The translations under genes and the position numbers were made by a program. Positions 10,689-22,300 of a stretch of 64,000 nucleotides of DNA are shown one piece after another. The stretch comes from Thermoplasmata archaeon (GTDB lineage: Archaea; Thermoplasmatota; Thermoplasmata; Lutacidiplasmatales; SKW197). Numbering within the stretch: position 1 is the first letter of the stretch; each line of letters starts with the position of its first letter. The DNA is taken from positions 154,255-218,254 of the forward strand of contig JAVZCK010000001.1 of NCBI GenBank assembly GCA_038874435.1, written 5' to 3'. Under the pieces are notes generated by a model. The model was not told where the DNA came from and did no database searches. It saw only the letters and a program-made list of their open reading frames with translations.

Positions 10689-10784
10689 GGCCGGGATGGG
10701 GTAGCCTGGCTATCCTGTGGGACTGTGGTAGCCCCAAAGGGCTGCTGAAATCCTGAGACCCGAGTTCAAATCTCGGTCCCGGCC
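10689..10784 (+). tRNA. tRNA-His(GUG) with a 21-nt intron (10729-10749) at position 37/38; G-1 encoded
   Basis: Acceptor stem GCCGGGA/TCCCGGC; T-arm CCGAG-TTCAAAT-CTCGG; anticodon GTG at 10725-10727; intron hairpin AGCCC-CAAA-GGGCT; C discriminator. Confidence 0.9.
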
Positions 10785-10789
10785 CTAAA

Positions 10790-11797
10790 ATGAAGAAATT
10801 CCTAACAAAGAAGGTGATAAATGTGCTTGCAAAGGAAATAAAGAAAGAAAATCTCAGAAAGTTTTTTGAAGAGATTGCCAGTGAATACAAGATTATTGCT
10901 CCTGTGAAAAAAGGAGAGGACATCGTGTATACAGAAGTTGAGAACTTTGAGGATGTGGTATTGGATTACACTACGACAATCACACCTATCAAAAGATTTC
11001 TTCTGCCATACAAAGAGACCATGTTCACATTTGAAAAGGAGAAAATTCGCGAAAAATTGACAGAGGAGAAACTTGCACTATTTGCACTCCACATTTGTGA
11101 TATAAATGCAATCGCTCGTTTGGACAAGGTATTCTGGAACGACCCATATTATCGAGCAAGAAGGGAGAAGCTGCTAATCGTTGGAATTACCTGCAAGCCC
11201 GGTGAAAAATGCTTCTGCAAATCCGTAAACGCAAATGTGCTCCAGCCAATCTGCGATGTGTTTTTAAAAGCAAATGAGCACGGCTACCATGCTGTTTCGT
11301 ATACCGAAACTGGCAGAAAAATGCTCAATTCATTTCTGTTCATCCAGACACAGACAGAAATAAAGGAAATCAAAGCAGAGTATCAAGAGGCGAAACACAT
11401 TGACCTTCACAAGGTGTCTGAAAACATTCTCAAGAACTATGAAAATCCAGTGTGGGAAGAAACAGCGAAGAAATGCCTTGGATGCACAAATTGCACAGTC
11501 GTGTGTCCACTCTGTTATTGCTATGATGTTGTAGATAATACCTATGTGAAGCCAGAGGAAGGGGAGCGTGTAAGATGCTGGGATTCCTGCTTCCTGTTGA
11601 GTTTTGCGAGAGTGGCTGGGGGTCACAACTTCAGAAAGGACTTGAAAGCAAGGTATAGAAATGTATACACCCATAAGTTCAGAACTTTCATGGATGAGTT
11701 TGGAGTTCCTGCCTGCGTCGGCTGTGGACGATGTGTGACTTACTGCCCAGCATCAATTGACATGCGGGAAACACTTACAAAGATAGGAGGTGCATGA
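10790..11797 (+). CDS. Group 3b NiFe (sulf)hydrogenase beta subunit, 4Fe-4S (likely start GTG 10823)
   Basis: CLGCTNCTVVCPLCYC and CVGCGRCVTYCP motifs; R.WDSC; operon context. Confidence 0.88.
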   Translation: MKKFLTKKVINVLAKEIKKENLRKFFEEIASEYKIIAPVKKGEDIVYTEVENFEDVVLDYTTTITPIKRFLLPYKETMFTFEKEKIREKLTEEKLALFALHICDINAIARLDKVFWNDPYYRARREKLLIVGITCKPGEKCFCKSVNANVLQPICDVFLKANEHGYHAVSYTETGRKMLNSFLFIQTQTEIKEIKAEYQEAKHIDLHKVSENILKNYENPVWEETAKKCLGCTNCTVVCPLCYCYDVVDNTYVKPEEGERVRCWDSCFLLSFARVAGGHNFRKDLKARYRNVYTHKFRTFMDEFGVPACVGCGRCVTYCPASIDMRETLTKIGGA

Positions 11798-12621
11798 AAA
11801 TGGAGAACATTTACAAGCCCTGGGAGACAAAAATCCTGAAAATTGAGGAGATGACATGTGATACAAAGGTATTTCGGCTAGAGGCAAAGAATTTTAAGTA
11901 CATGCCAGGACAATTTGTAGAACTCACAATACCTGGTGTGGGTGAAGCCCCAATTTCAATTACATCTGGACCACATGAGAAGGGCTACATTGACCTCTGC
12001 GTAAGAAAGATAGGAAATGTAACTGATGCTTTGCACAGAAAGAATGTGGGCGATAAAGTGTGGATTCGCGGACCTTATGGTGTGGGCTTTCCATTTGAGA
12101 CGGTTAAAGGCAAAGACCTCTTGTATGTTGCCGGTGGTATAGGTATGGCCCCACTCAGAAGCAGCATAAATTATGTGCTTGCCCACAAGTCAGATTTCGG
12201 TAAGATTACTATTTTGTATGGGGCAAGAACACCTGGTGACCTGCTCTTCAAAAACGAGTTTGAGCGGTGGGGCAAGGAGGCAAATTTTCTGGTAAGTGTG
12301 GATACTGATAAAAATCCAGATGGCTCTCTCTGTGGTTGGACAGGGAATGTAGGTGTGGTCACAACGCTCTTTGACAAAATACCGTATCCAATAAAAGATG
12401 CAATTGGTATGGTCTGCGGTCCACCAGTGATGTACAAATTTGTGATAAAGAAGTGCAGAGAAATGGGAATGCCAGATAGCTCAATTTACATTTCACTTGA
12501 GAGAAACATGAAGTGCGGTGTGGGCAAGTGCCAACATTGTCAGATAAACAACAAGTATGTGTGTTTGGATGGACCAGTTTTCAATTATGAGGAAGTTAAA
12601 ACACTTCCGGAGGCAATCTGA
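11794..12621 (+). CDS. Group 3b hydrogenase gamma subunit (FAD/NAD(P)-binding, 2Fe-2S)
   Basis: PGQF, GEAPISI, RGPYG, AGGIGMAP, CGPPVM and MKCGVGKCQHC motifs. Confidence 0.9.
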   Translation: MKMENIYKPWETKILKIEEMTCDTKVFRLEAKNFKYMPGQFVELTIPGVGEAPISITSGPHEKGYIDLCVRKIGNVTDALHRKNVGDKVWIRGPYGVGFPFETVKGKDLLYVAGGIGMAPLRSSINYVLAHKSDFGKITILYGARTPGDLLFKNEFERWGKEANFLVSVDTDKNPDGSLCGWTGNVGVVTTLFDKIPYPIKDAIGMVCGPPVMYKFVIKKCREMGMPDSSIYISLERNMKCGVGKCQHCQINNKYVCLDGPVFNYEEVKTLPEAI

Positions 12622-12631
12622 GGTGGTCAAA

Positions 12632-13390
12632 ATGGCAAAACCAAAAGTGGCAATATTTGATTTAACTGATTGTGAGGGTTGCGAAGTGGAAATTGTAAAC
12701 TCGAAGTACATCGACAGGATTTTAGAGAGTTTTGAGTTTGTGCATTTCCGACTTGGACAGAAAACAAACAAATGGGAAAATTTTGATGTTGCGTTTATTG
12801 AGGGCTCTGTGATAACAAGCCATGAAGTTGAACTCGTGAAGAAAATCAGGGAACATAGCAAGTTTGTGGTTGCCCTAGGCTCCTGTGCATGTTTCGGTGG
12901 AATTGCAGCGCTCAACAATTTCACGGATGTGAACGAAGGTAAAAGGTATGTGTATGGCAAGGAAGGCGAAAAAATAGAAGTGATTGAAGTCAAGCCGCTT
13001 GGGGAAATAATCAAAGTGGATGCAATGATTCGTGGTTGTCCAATTGTCAGAGAGGACTTTGACAAAGTTGTGAGTGACTTGCTCGCAGGTAAGATTCCAA
13101 GAGAACACACAAGACCAGTTTGTATGGACTGCAAGAGCAAGGGCAATTCGTGTTTGCTACTTAAGGGCACACCCTGTGCTGGCCCTGTGACTTATGGTGG
13201 CTGCGGAGCACCCTGCCCATCCTCGAACATGCCTTGCGATGGTTGCAGAGGGCCTCTTGAAATGCCAGAAATGACTGCAGAGCTTGAACTCCTTAAGAAA
13301 ATTGCAAGTCAGGATGACATTATTAGGCTATTTAGAAAGTACACATCAGCTGCACAGGCTTTCAGGGCAGTTGGAGGTGGTAAACAATGA
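12632..13390 (+). CDS. Group 3b hydrogenase delta (small) subunit
   Basis: TDCEGC, EGSV, LGSCACFGG and RGCP motifs; C-terminal Cys cluster; GGTGG RBS before ATG 12632. Confidence 0.9.
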   Translation: MAKPKVAIFDLTDCEGCEVEIVNSKYIDRILESFEFVHFRLGQKTNKWENFDVAFIEGSVITSHEVELVKKIREHSKFVVALGSCACFGGIAALNNFTDVNEGKRYVYGKEGEKIEVIEVKPLGEIIKVDAMIRGCPIVREDFDKVVSDLLAGKIPREHTRPVCMDCKSKGNSCLLLKGTPCAGPVTYGGCGAPCPSSNMPCDGCRGPLEMPEMTAELELLKKIASQDDIIRLFRKYTSAAQAFRAVGGGKQ

Positions 13391-14637
13391 ATGTGGAGAT
13401 GAATTACATTACACAGATTGAGGGGCATGGAATTATTAATTTTGAGATTGTGGATGGGAAACCAAAGGTGAGAATGGAAGTGCATGAAGGTGCCAGGCTT
13501 TTCGAGAGTTTCTTGCGCAATAGAAGAGCAGATGAAGTGATTGCAATGTCCTCAAGAATCTGCGGGGTCTGTCCAGTCGTGCATAACTACGCTGCAGTGC
13601 AAGCAGTGGAGAATGCGATGGGAATTGAGGTGAGCGAACAGACAAAGTTGTTGAGACGATTGGGAAATGTGGGACAGATGCTCCAGAGCCATGCACTGCA
13701 TCTTTATGTGCTTGCATTACCTGAGTATCTGAATGCAGATGGTGTGGTGGATGTCTACATGCGAAATCCTGAGGCGGTTAAGAGAGCGCTGAAAATAAGA
13801 AATGTGGGAAACCTGATCGTTGAAGTTGTTTCTGGAAGAGCTGTCCATCCAGTTTCTTCAGTGCCTGGTGGTTTTGCGAAGCTTCCCACAAAGACAGAAT
13901 TGAAGAGAATTGTTAAAGAATTGAAGGGTGTTTTGGATGACTGCATTGAAACCTACAACCTTGCAGCAAGCATAAAATATCCAGAGCTTCAGAGGAAGAC
14001 GGAATACTCAGCAATTGACGATGGAGAGATGTATCCATCATATGGAGGAATGATTGTGTCCAGTGAAGGTGTGCGGGCACCTGCAAAGGACTACAGAAAG
14101 TACACGAATGAGGTCTTCAGGCCATACTCTCACACTAAATTCAGCACAAGAAATGGGCATGGCTTCTTCGTGGGTTCAATCGCAAGAGTAAACTTGTTTA
14201 GCGATAGGCTGGGCGAGAAAGCAAAGGAACTTGCAAAGAATGGGCCAGTAAAATTCCCAAGCTATAACCCATTCCATAACCTTGTGGCGCAAGGTGTTGA
14301 ACTTGTGCATTACACCGAGGAAGGCATTGAGATTGCATCCCAGCTTGCAAGAACACTGAAGGACGAGAAGCCAGTTAAGATTGTAAGATCTGGCACGGGT
14401 GTTGGCGTTGTTGAAGCACCAAGAGGTACTCTCTTCCATGAATATACTGTGGATGCGAACGGCATTGTGAAGGAGGCAAACATAATTACGCCCACTGCTC
14501 AGAATGTGCAGAATATCGAGGAGGACCTGACGGCACTGCTCACTGCAAACATAAACAAGCCAAGGGAGGAGCTTGTGCGTTTGACTGAAGCGTTGTTGCG
14601 TGCCTACGACCCCTGTTTCTCCTGCTCTACCCATTGA
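13387..14637 (+). CDS. Group 3b NiFe hydrogenase alpha (large) subunit
   Basis: QIEGHG; L1 motif RICGVC; EAPRGTLFH; L2 motif DPCFSCSTH. Confidence 0.93.
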   Translation: MNVEMNYITQIEGHGIINFEIVDGKPKVRMEVHEGARLFESFLRNRRADEVIAMSSRICGVCPVVHNYAAVQAVENAMGIEVSEQTKLLRRLGNVGQMLQSHALHLYVLALPEYLNADGVVDVYMRNPEAVKRALKIRNVGNLIVEVVSGRAVHPVSSVPGGFAKLPTKTELKRIVKELKGVLDDCIETYNLAASIKYPELQRKTEYSAIDDGEMYPSYGGMIVSSEGVRAPAKDYRKYTNEVFRPYSHTKFSTRNGHGFFVGSIARVNLFSDRLGEKAKELAKNGPVKFPSYNPFHNLVAQGVELVHYTEEGIEIASQLARTLKDEKPVKIVRSGTGVGVVEAPRGTLFHEYTVDANGIVKEANIITPTAQNVQNIEEDLTALLTANINKPREELVRLTEALLRAYDPCFSCSTH

Positions 14638-14646
14638 GGCAGAGAA

Positions 14647-14835
14647 ATGTGGGGTAATAGATTCGGGCTCTCAAGGATGTTCATCTGGCTTGGTCTAATC
14701 TGTGTATTCATGGGTTTAGCGTTGATATTTGCAGGGGCAGGAATACCTGGTTGTGTGATATGGGGCTGCCTGATAACCATTCTTGGCACGGTAATGGTGG
14801 TGATGTCAAGAAAAATGGCAAGGGCTGGGATGTAG
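14647..14835 (+). CDS. Small two-TM hypothetical membrane protein
   Basis: 62-aa ORF with two hydrophobic helices directly after the hydrogenase operon. Confidence 0.45.
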   Translation: MWGNRFGLSRMFIWLGLICVFMGLALIFAGAGIPGCVIWGCLITILGTVMVVMSRKMARAGM

Positions 14836-14892
14836 AGGCAGTTAAGTCCTACCGTTAGATTAATTAAATTGCATCCATTACCTCTCCCATGT

Positions 14893-14977
14893 GCTGGGGT
14901 TGCCAAGTCTGGTCAAAGGCGGCAGACTCAAGATCTGCTCCCATAGGGGTTCCCAGGTTCAAATCCTGGCCCCAGCA
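14893..14977 (+). tRNA. tRNA-Leu(CAA)
   Basis: GCTGGGG/CCCCAGC acceptor; anticodon arm GCAGA-CTCAAGA-TCTGC; long variable arm; CCAGG-TTCAAAT-CCTGG T-arm. Confidence 0.95.
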
Positions 14978-14995
14978 TGAAAAAAGGTGAGAAAA

Positions 14996-16171
14996 ATGGA
15001 ACCAAAGAAAACTCCGCTGTATGCGTGGCATGTGAAAAATGGTGCGAAGATGGTTGAATTTGCTGGGTTTATGATGCCAATCCAGTACAAGAGCATAATT
15101 CAGGAACATAAAGCAGTGCGGGAGAGCGTTGGAGTATTTGATGTCTCTCATATGGGCGATTTCATAATTTATGGCAGGGACGCTGGCAACTTTCTCAACA
15201 AGCTCTGCACTAACAATTTTGCCACTTGCGAGATTGGCAAATGCCGTTACACACATGTGCTAAATGAAGAGGGAAAAATCTTAGATGATATGATAGGGGC
15301 TAGGGTTGGTGATTTTACCTATCTCTTTGTGCCAAATGCGGCTACAATTGAGAAGATGTACAAATGGTTTACCCAGCACAAAAATGGAGATGTGGAAATA
15401 ATTAATGCCTCCGATGCTCTTGGATGCATTGCACTACAGGGGAAGAATGCCGCAAAGGTGCTGGCAAAACTTACAAGCTATCCGCTTGAAAAACTTAGTT
15501 TTTTCAAAGCTGATTTTATTGCTATGGATAAAGCAAAAGTGCACACAAAACAGGAGACGCCTGCATTCGGTTACAATCAGATTGTCGAGCTAGAGAAGGT
15601 ACATGGAGAGAAGATAAGGGCGTTTGCCCACGGAGAACTTTGTTTTGTTTCTAGGACTGGTTACACTGGAGAAGATGGATTTGAAATAATTGCCCATGCT
15701 GGGATAACAGAAGCGATCTGGGAGGCAATTTTTGATGCAGGAAGAGAATTTGGGATAATTCCAGTGGGGCTTGGTGCAAGGGATACACTGCGACTTGAAA
15801 AAGGTTTCTTGCTTTCTGGCACAGATTTTCATGATGATAGGACAACACTTGAGGCAAATGCGGAATTTGCTGTGAAATATGACCATGACTTCATTGGTAG
15901 AACAGTACTTGAGAAACAAAAGGCGAGTGGGAACTATGACCGTCTAGTCGGAATTTTGCTTTCAGAAGGGATTCCAAGACACGGTTTCGAGATTTATGTT
16001 GGCGGAAAAAAGGTAGGGACAGTTACTTCAGGGACCGTTTCACCGATGCTCAGCAAAGGTATTGCTCTGGGCTATTTGCCGAATGCACTTGCAAAAGAGG
16101 GCATGGAAGTGCAAATCAAGATAAGGGATAAGTTCTATTCAGGAAGGGTTGTGAAACTGCCGTTCGTGTAA
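14996..16171 (+). CDS. gcvT: Glycine cleavage system aminomethyltransferase T
   Basis: KKTPLY, FAGFMMPIQY, GVFDVSHMG, SRTGYTGEDGFE and GLGARDTLRLEKG motifs. Confidence 0.95.
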   Translation: MEPKKTPLYAWHVKNGAKMVEFAGFMMPIQYKSIIQEHKAVRESVGVFDVSHMGDFIIYGRDAGNFLNKLCTNNFATCEIGKCRYTHVLNEEGKILDDMIGARVGDFTYLFVPNAATIEKMYKWFTQHKNGDVEIINASDALGCIALQGKNAAKVLAKLTSYPLEKLSFFKADFIAMDKAKVHTKQETPAFGYNQIVELEKVHGEKIRAFAHGELCFVSRTGYTGEDGFEIIAHAGITEAIWEAIFDAGREFGIIPVGLGARDTLRLEKGFLLSGTDFHDDRTTLEANAEFAVKYDHDFIGRTVLEKQKASGNYDRLVGILLSEGIPRHGFEIYVGGKKVGTVTSGTVSPMLSKGIALGYLPNALAKEGMEVQIKIRDKFYSGRVVKLPFV

Positions 16172-16183
16172 GGAAGAAATTCA

Positions 16184-16282
16184 ATTGGATGCCAAATCTT
16201 TATAAGCTATGAAGTCTTAGGACATATAGACACAAAATAATCCTGCATCTAACCCTTAGAGGGATATATTTGGCATCCCAAT
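16184..16282. repeat. Inverted repeat pair upstream of the giant gene
   Basis: GGATGCCAAAT (16187-16197) and ATTTGGCATCC (16268-16278) are exact reverse complements, extendable with ATTG/CAAT. They bracket TTTATAA at 16199-16205. Confidence 0.6.
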
Positions 16283-16312
16283 CTAAAGTGTATGTATACT
16301 GGGGGCAAGAAA

Positions 16313-19300
16313 ATGGACGCAAGAAAGATTGAGATAGAGGGCATAAATAAGCTAGTAGAAGAGGGAATACCTGCGGATTATATGCTGCTGTTGCAGACCG
16401 ATGAGGGGCTGGAAACAGACCTGCTTGTGAGACAGTATATAAAGGAAGCACTGACTAAAGGAGAGATTTGTATTGCGGTGTTATCCGAGAGTTCACCAGA
16501 TGACTTTAAAAAGTTGATGAGTGCAATAGGAATAAATGCTGAGACCCATGAAAAGAATGGCACGCTCTACATTGTGGACTGGTATTCCTTCAGAAATGAA
16601 AGAATAATAGGGGTAGAGGAGAAAGGTGCAATTTACAAATGCTCAAAGAGTTTAACAAATGTGGAAATTGCAATTTCAAAAATTCTGAAGAAAATTGAAG
16701 GCAAAAAATTCAGAGTTTATTCAGACATTCTTTCAAATGCTATAAAAGTTTTTGGCTTCGAAACCGCATTCAAGTTTTCGCAAGGGCTGACAGCGAGAAT
16801 CAAGAAATACAATGGCGGAGCTCTGTTCAAAATTTCCAAGACGATGCATGAGCAGAAGGTAATTTCCGCGTTTCACTCGCATTTCAACGGTGTACTGGAC
16901 ATTGAGCATCGAAGGGAAGAGGAGAGGGTGGTTGCAAGAATAGGAATAATTTCTTTAGATAATTTATTCTATGAAACCTCCTACAAGAAATTGGGTGTGA
17001 GCAAAACAAAGGGCATTATAATTATGGATGAGGAAGAGATGAAGGCAAAGCCAAAACCCGTTGTGAAGAAAGTTGTGAAAGAAGAGGTGGCAGAAGAGGA
17101 GACAGCAGAGGAGGAGGGTGGAGAGAAAATTGAAGAAATGAAAGGCTCAAGTGTTCTCATTTATGAGGAGGACCCCAAACACATCTACAAACTCTATCGC
17201 CAATTTCTTTCGGAAGGAATGCCAGGGCTCTGTGTTAGCACCACATTCCCAGCTAAACTCAAGAAACTCCATAAATTTGATTCAGAGGTGCTCTGGATTT
17301 CAGAATCCTCAGAGAAAGGTGCAGTGAAGCCAGGTAGAATGGAATTTGAGTTAATGCGTGAAGTGGGCAACTTCTTAAAAAACAACAAGGAAGGTGTGCT
17401 AGTTCTTGACTGTATTGAAACCCTCATCCTTGAAAATGGCTTTGATAAGGTTGTTAAGTTTCTGAAGAAGATTGGTGACATGGCCGCGGTGAACGGCAAC
17501 ACGGTTCTGGCTGTGATAAATGACAAGAGCATGGAGCAGGAGAAGCTGTATGTGCTTTCGAAAAGCTTTGATATGAAAATAACTCGTGAAGAACTGGAGA
17601 AGGAAGCAAAGAAGCCAAAGCCAGTTGAGGTAAAACCAGAAGTCGTGCCTGGGGCAAAGGAAGAGGTTGTGTCTGCAGAAGAGGAGAAACCAGTTGTTGC
17701 ACCTGCGGTGGAAAAAGAAGAGGTGAAGGTAGAAAAAGAGCCAGAGGCAGTGAAGGAAGAAAAGGCATTGGTTGGTAGAGAAGCATTTACAAATGGGTTG
17801 AAGAAGAGTGTGACTGCGAGAGAGGCCTACACCAATGGACTTGGAAAGCGGAAGCCAGGGTATGTAAACGGATTGAAGAAACCTGGCATGAGGCAAAGAC
17901 CAGCAAAAGTTAGCCGGGTAAAACAGGTTGTTGTGGGACTTGTGGTTGTGGTAATTGCCATCTCAGTTTTTGCATTCTGGCTTTTCACGATTCCTTCAGA
18001 AAAAATTAAGGTGGATGGAAACATAGATGATTGGCAGGGGCTTGCGGTTTATAAAGACAGTGAGGACTTTGCAAACCCAGACATAAAAATCACAGAATAC
18101 AGCATTTACTACAGCAATGAAAAATGCTATTTCTATGTGAAAGTTGCTGGCACTGCGTTTAATGGTGCAAACAGTGGCTATGATACCCTTGTTCTGTTTA
18201 TCGACAAGGACAGGAATCCAAACACTGGCTACAGGGTGGAGAACATAGGAGCAGATGCAAAGATAGAGATTAGCGGATTCAATGGCAACATTCATACTTC
18301 ATCAGTGGCAGTGTTTAAAGAAGGGAGTACATCTATAAAGCCAGAATTGAATTACAGTGCCTGGGAAAGTGTTGGCGGTGTGGTCGTGGAGAAAAGCGGG
18401 AACATTGTTGAAGGAAGTGCGAAGATTACAGGAATGACAGAGCCAATAGGCCTTGTTGCGATGCGACACTATGAGGGCAGTGTTTATGCAGAGAAACGGG
18501 GCATGGCGCTGGTAAGCAAAACTGAAGGAAGTTTAGTGGTTTACCAGAATTTTATTGGCAATGATGTGGTATATGCAGATGCTGATGTGCTCGAGCTAAG
18601 ATTGATTGCAAAGGGTAAGGATGTGCATGTGGAAAGCATAAGCGTGGCAAATGCGAATGTGAGTTTACCAAAGAAGGACATTGCAGTGAATGAAGAAGTG
18701 GTGGTGAGTTGCAAAGCAAAGAGCTTGACAAATGGTAAGGCATTTGAGTTTGGTGTACAGAGTGTGGACACGAATGTACCCTACAGAATTGTGGGCAACG
18801 GTGGCAAAGCATACTTTGGTTCCTTACCTTCAGGAATTGTGATTGATGGTGCGTTTGGTGATTGGCAGGGTGTGGAGAAGGGGAGTGATGTAAGTGGAGA
18901 TGCAAGCCAGAACATTGATTTGCGAGAGTATGCCAGTGCAATTGCAAGCAATGCATACTTCTACATGGCAGTGGATGGCACAATGCTTGCTGGCTGCGAA
19001 ATCCCTGTGCTTGGTGCCAGACCCCCAGTGCAGCCAGGACCACCAACGCCAGTGGTGATAAAAGAAAATCTGGGCACGGATGTGGCAAGGGTTTACATTG
19101 ATTTGATGAATTCTACAATCAACACCTTCAATCCAGCAATGATTTCTCATGGCTATCTGATTGAGTTACAAGGGAGAAATGGACAGGTAGTAAGTGCAAG
19201 GGCCTGGAAGTGGGAGAATGGTGTTAAGGCAGAGGAAATCCAGAATCCAAACATTGCTCATGGTTTGAGCGATGGTAAAATTGAGTTCAGTGTTGCAGGC

Positions 19301-22300
19301 AGTGCTCTTGCTGGCCTCAATAACGACACGAAATTCTACTTTGAGATGACAAACTGGCTTGGCGAAAAAGATGCAAGTGAGTTTGCTTACAGAGCAGGAA
19401 AAATCCAGCGTGAAAACACTATGGCAAATGGCGGGACAAGAGGCACACCACATTCACCGATACATATAATCGGTGATGTTGGGTTTCAAACAGAAGCACA
19501 GTTGAATGGGTGGCCTGGTGATGGAACCCAAGGAAATCCATACATTATAGATGGATATGAAATAGATGGAGGACAAGCACCAGCATTAGGTATGTATGGC
19601 ATCTGGATAGAGAACACGAATGTGTATTTTGTAATAAGAAACTGCACAGTTTACAATGCGACAAATTCTGGCAGTGCACCTTACGGTGCAGGAATTGCAC
19701 TAAACAATGTGAGGAATGGAACAATAGAAAACAACAAGTGCAATAACTCAATATATGGGATTTATCTATATGGGAATTCACGATTCAACATAATAACAAA
19801 TAACAATGCCTCTAGCAACAGCTATGGTGCACATTTGAACTACACAAACAACACCATTTTAACATTCAACACCATTACTAATAATGGAAACTATGGTCTT
19901 TACGTAGCTTCTTATTCCACAAACAACACCATAGCCTACAATAATGTCTCCAGCAACTCTAACTACGGCATTTACATCTACTCCTATTCCACAAACAACA
20001 CCATAGCCTACAATAATGTCTCCAGCAACTCTAACCATGGCATTTACATCTACTCCTATTCAATCAATAACACCATAACAAATAACAATGTATCCAACAA
20101 CTCCAAGGAGGGAATCCGTGTTGAGTCTGGGTGTTCCTACACAAAAATCAGCGGTAACAATGTATCTAGAAATATGGGACACGGAATTTTTGTCTATACG
20201 ATAACCTCATACTGCTCTATAGAGAGAAATACCGTTTTCAATAATAGCTGGACTGGAATATATGTTAATGGGAACGCTGGTGGCTACGGATATATCAATA
20301 TCTCTCGCAATGTTGTCTATTCCAATGGATATGGTGGTTATGACTATCACGGTATCTTTCTATACCAGTGTGTGGCTTGTAATGTGACTGAAAATAAAAT
20401 TTATGCAAATAATAACACCGGAATTTGCATATACTATAATTCTATGGGCCACAACATCACAAGAAATAATGTCTCAGATAATAAAGGAATAGGGATATAC
20501 TTACGTGGTTCACAAACAAATAACAATAAAATCATGTATAATTTATTTTATAACAACTCAGCGGAGGGCGTACTTATTTCAATTAATGCGTATAATAATG
20601 TAATCCACCATAATAGTTTCTGGAAAAACAATGGTTCTGCAACAAGAGGTGTAAATGGAAACCCACAGGCGCGAGATATACAAGATATATCTTTACAAAA
20701 TTACTGGTACGATGCTTCCACATACGAGGGAAATTACTGGAGCAATTGGGATGGAAGTGGATGGGGAACATCTAGTGCATACCCTGTAAATGGAACATGG
20801 AGATACGACATGTATCCAATCTCGATGCCAGTACTCTATCCACTCAACATAACAAGCAACGAGGACTTTGCATTCTATGCTATGCTTTACGGCTGGCCTG
20901 GAAATGGCACGAAACTAAATCCATACATTATTGATGGATACTACATAAACGGTAATGGGACTTTGAACTGCACATACATAGCAAATACAGATGTGTATTT
21001 TGTAATCCGGAACTGCTTGCTGAAGAACGCGAGTTTGAGCGATAGAATTGGTATTTATCTGACAGATGTAAAAAACGGAACTTTATTTAATAATACTATC
21101 AGCAATTGTTGGCGAGGAATCTATTTGTATGATGTCACAGACACGACTATAACTGAGAACAAAATTCCAGGCACATCTGGCAATGTGGGAGTTCGATTGG
21201 AAAATAGTTATGGAAATGTAATTCGGAGGACCCATATCTATGCTGTTTCATCATCAGGAGTTCTTCTATCCAACAGTAGTTTCAATTACCTGTCCGAGAA
21301 CAAAGTGAACAACACAAATTATGGGTTATCCTTATTCTCTTCCTCAAATAACAATATAATAACAAACAACAATCTATCTTATAATTTCTATGGGATTCAG
21401 GTCTCAGCCTCAAGCTATAACAACATCACCTATAACTGGATTTGCAACAGCACAAACTATGGAGTGTATATTGCATCTGGCTCATCAGGGAACTCTATTC
21501 ATCATAACAACTTTATCGGCAACAACGGTGCAGGCAAGGGTGTGAACGGCAACTGCCAGGCGTATGATGATGTTGGCGGGAACTACTGGAATAAAAGTAT
21601 CGGACAGGAAGGCAACTACTGGAGTAACTGGGATGGTACTGGTTGGGGCACTTCAAGTGCCTATCCGATAAACGGCGGTTCTGGTGGTGCGGATTGGTAT
21701 CCATTATCCAACAGAACATTTGCTCCGCTGCATATTGTTGGTAACGAGGAGTTTGTTTTCTATGCAAAACTCTATGGCTGGCCAGGTGCTGGAATTTCGG
21801 CAAATCCATACATCATAGATAGATACTATCTCAATGGTAATGCGACAGGCATTCCTTCATCTTACAACATCTGGATTGAGAACACGAATCTTTACTTTAG
21901 GATTTCTAACTCAACAATAAGAAACGCCACAGACAATATAGCGTCTCCGTACGGTGCTGGAATAGCGTTTATCTCCGTTACAAATGGAGTTGTGGATAAC
22001 AATACAGTTACAAACAATGTTGATGGTATTTACATTAAAATGTCAAATGGACTGAATATAAAAAATAACAATATTTCATTTAATTCGGAAACAGGAATAG
22101 ATATCTATGAGTGCAGTTACCTCACGATCACTGGCAATACAATGTACTATGACGGTATCCATTTAGATGGTGGGCAGGTTAGCCACTGGAATACCCACAT
22201 GATTCAAACAACTAACACAGTTAATGGAAAACCTATCAGGTATTACAGTAACCAAACTGGCAGTGCTGTAGATACTCTTGCAGGGCAGATAATCCTGGCA

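Noticed and set aside
10582..10923. 113-aa minus-strand ORF (likewise 14864..15256)
   Set aside because: Shadow ORFs antisense to tRNA genes and neighbouring real genes.
14893..14977. tRNA genes as integration sites for an island
   Set aside because: No integrase and no duplicated tRNA 3' end noticed in the window.
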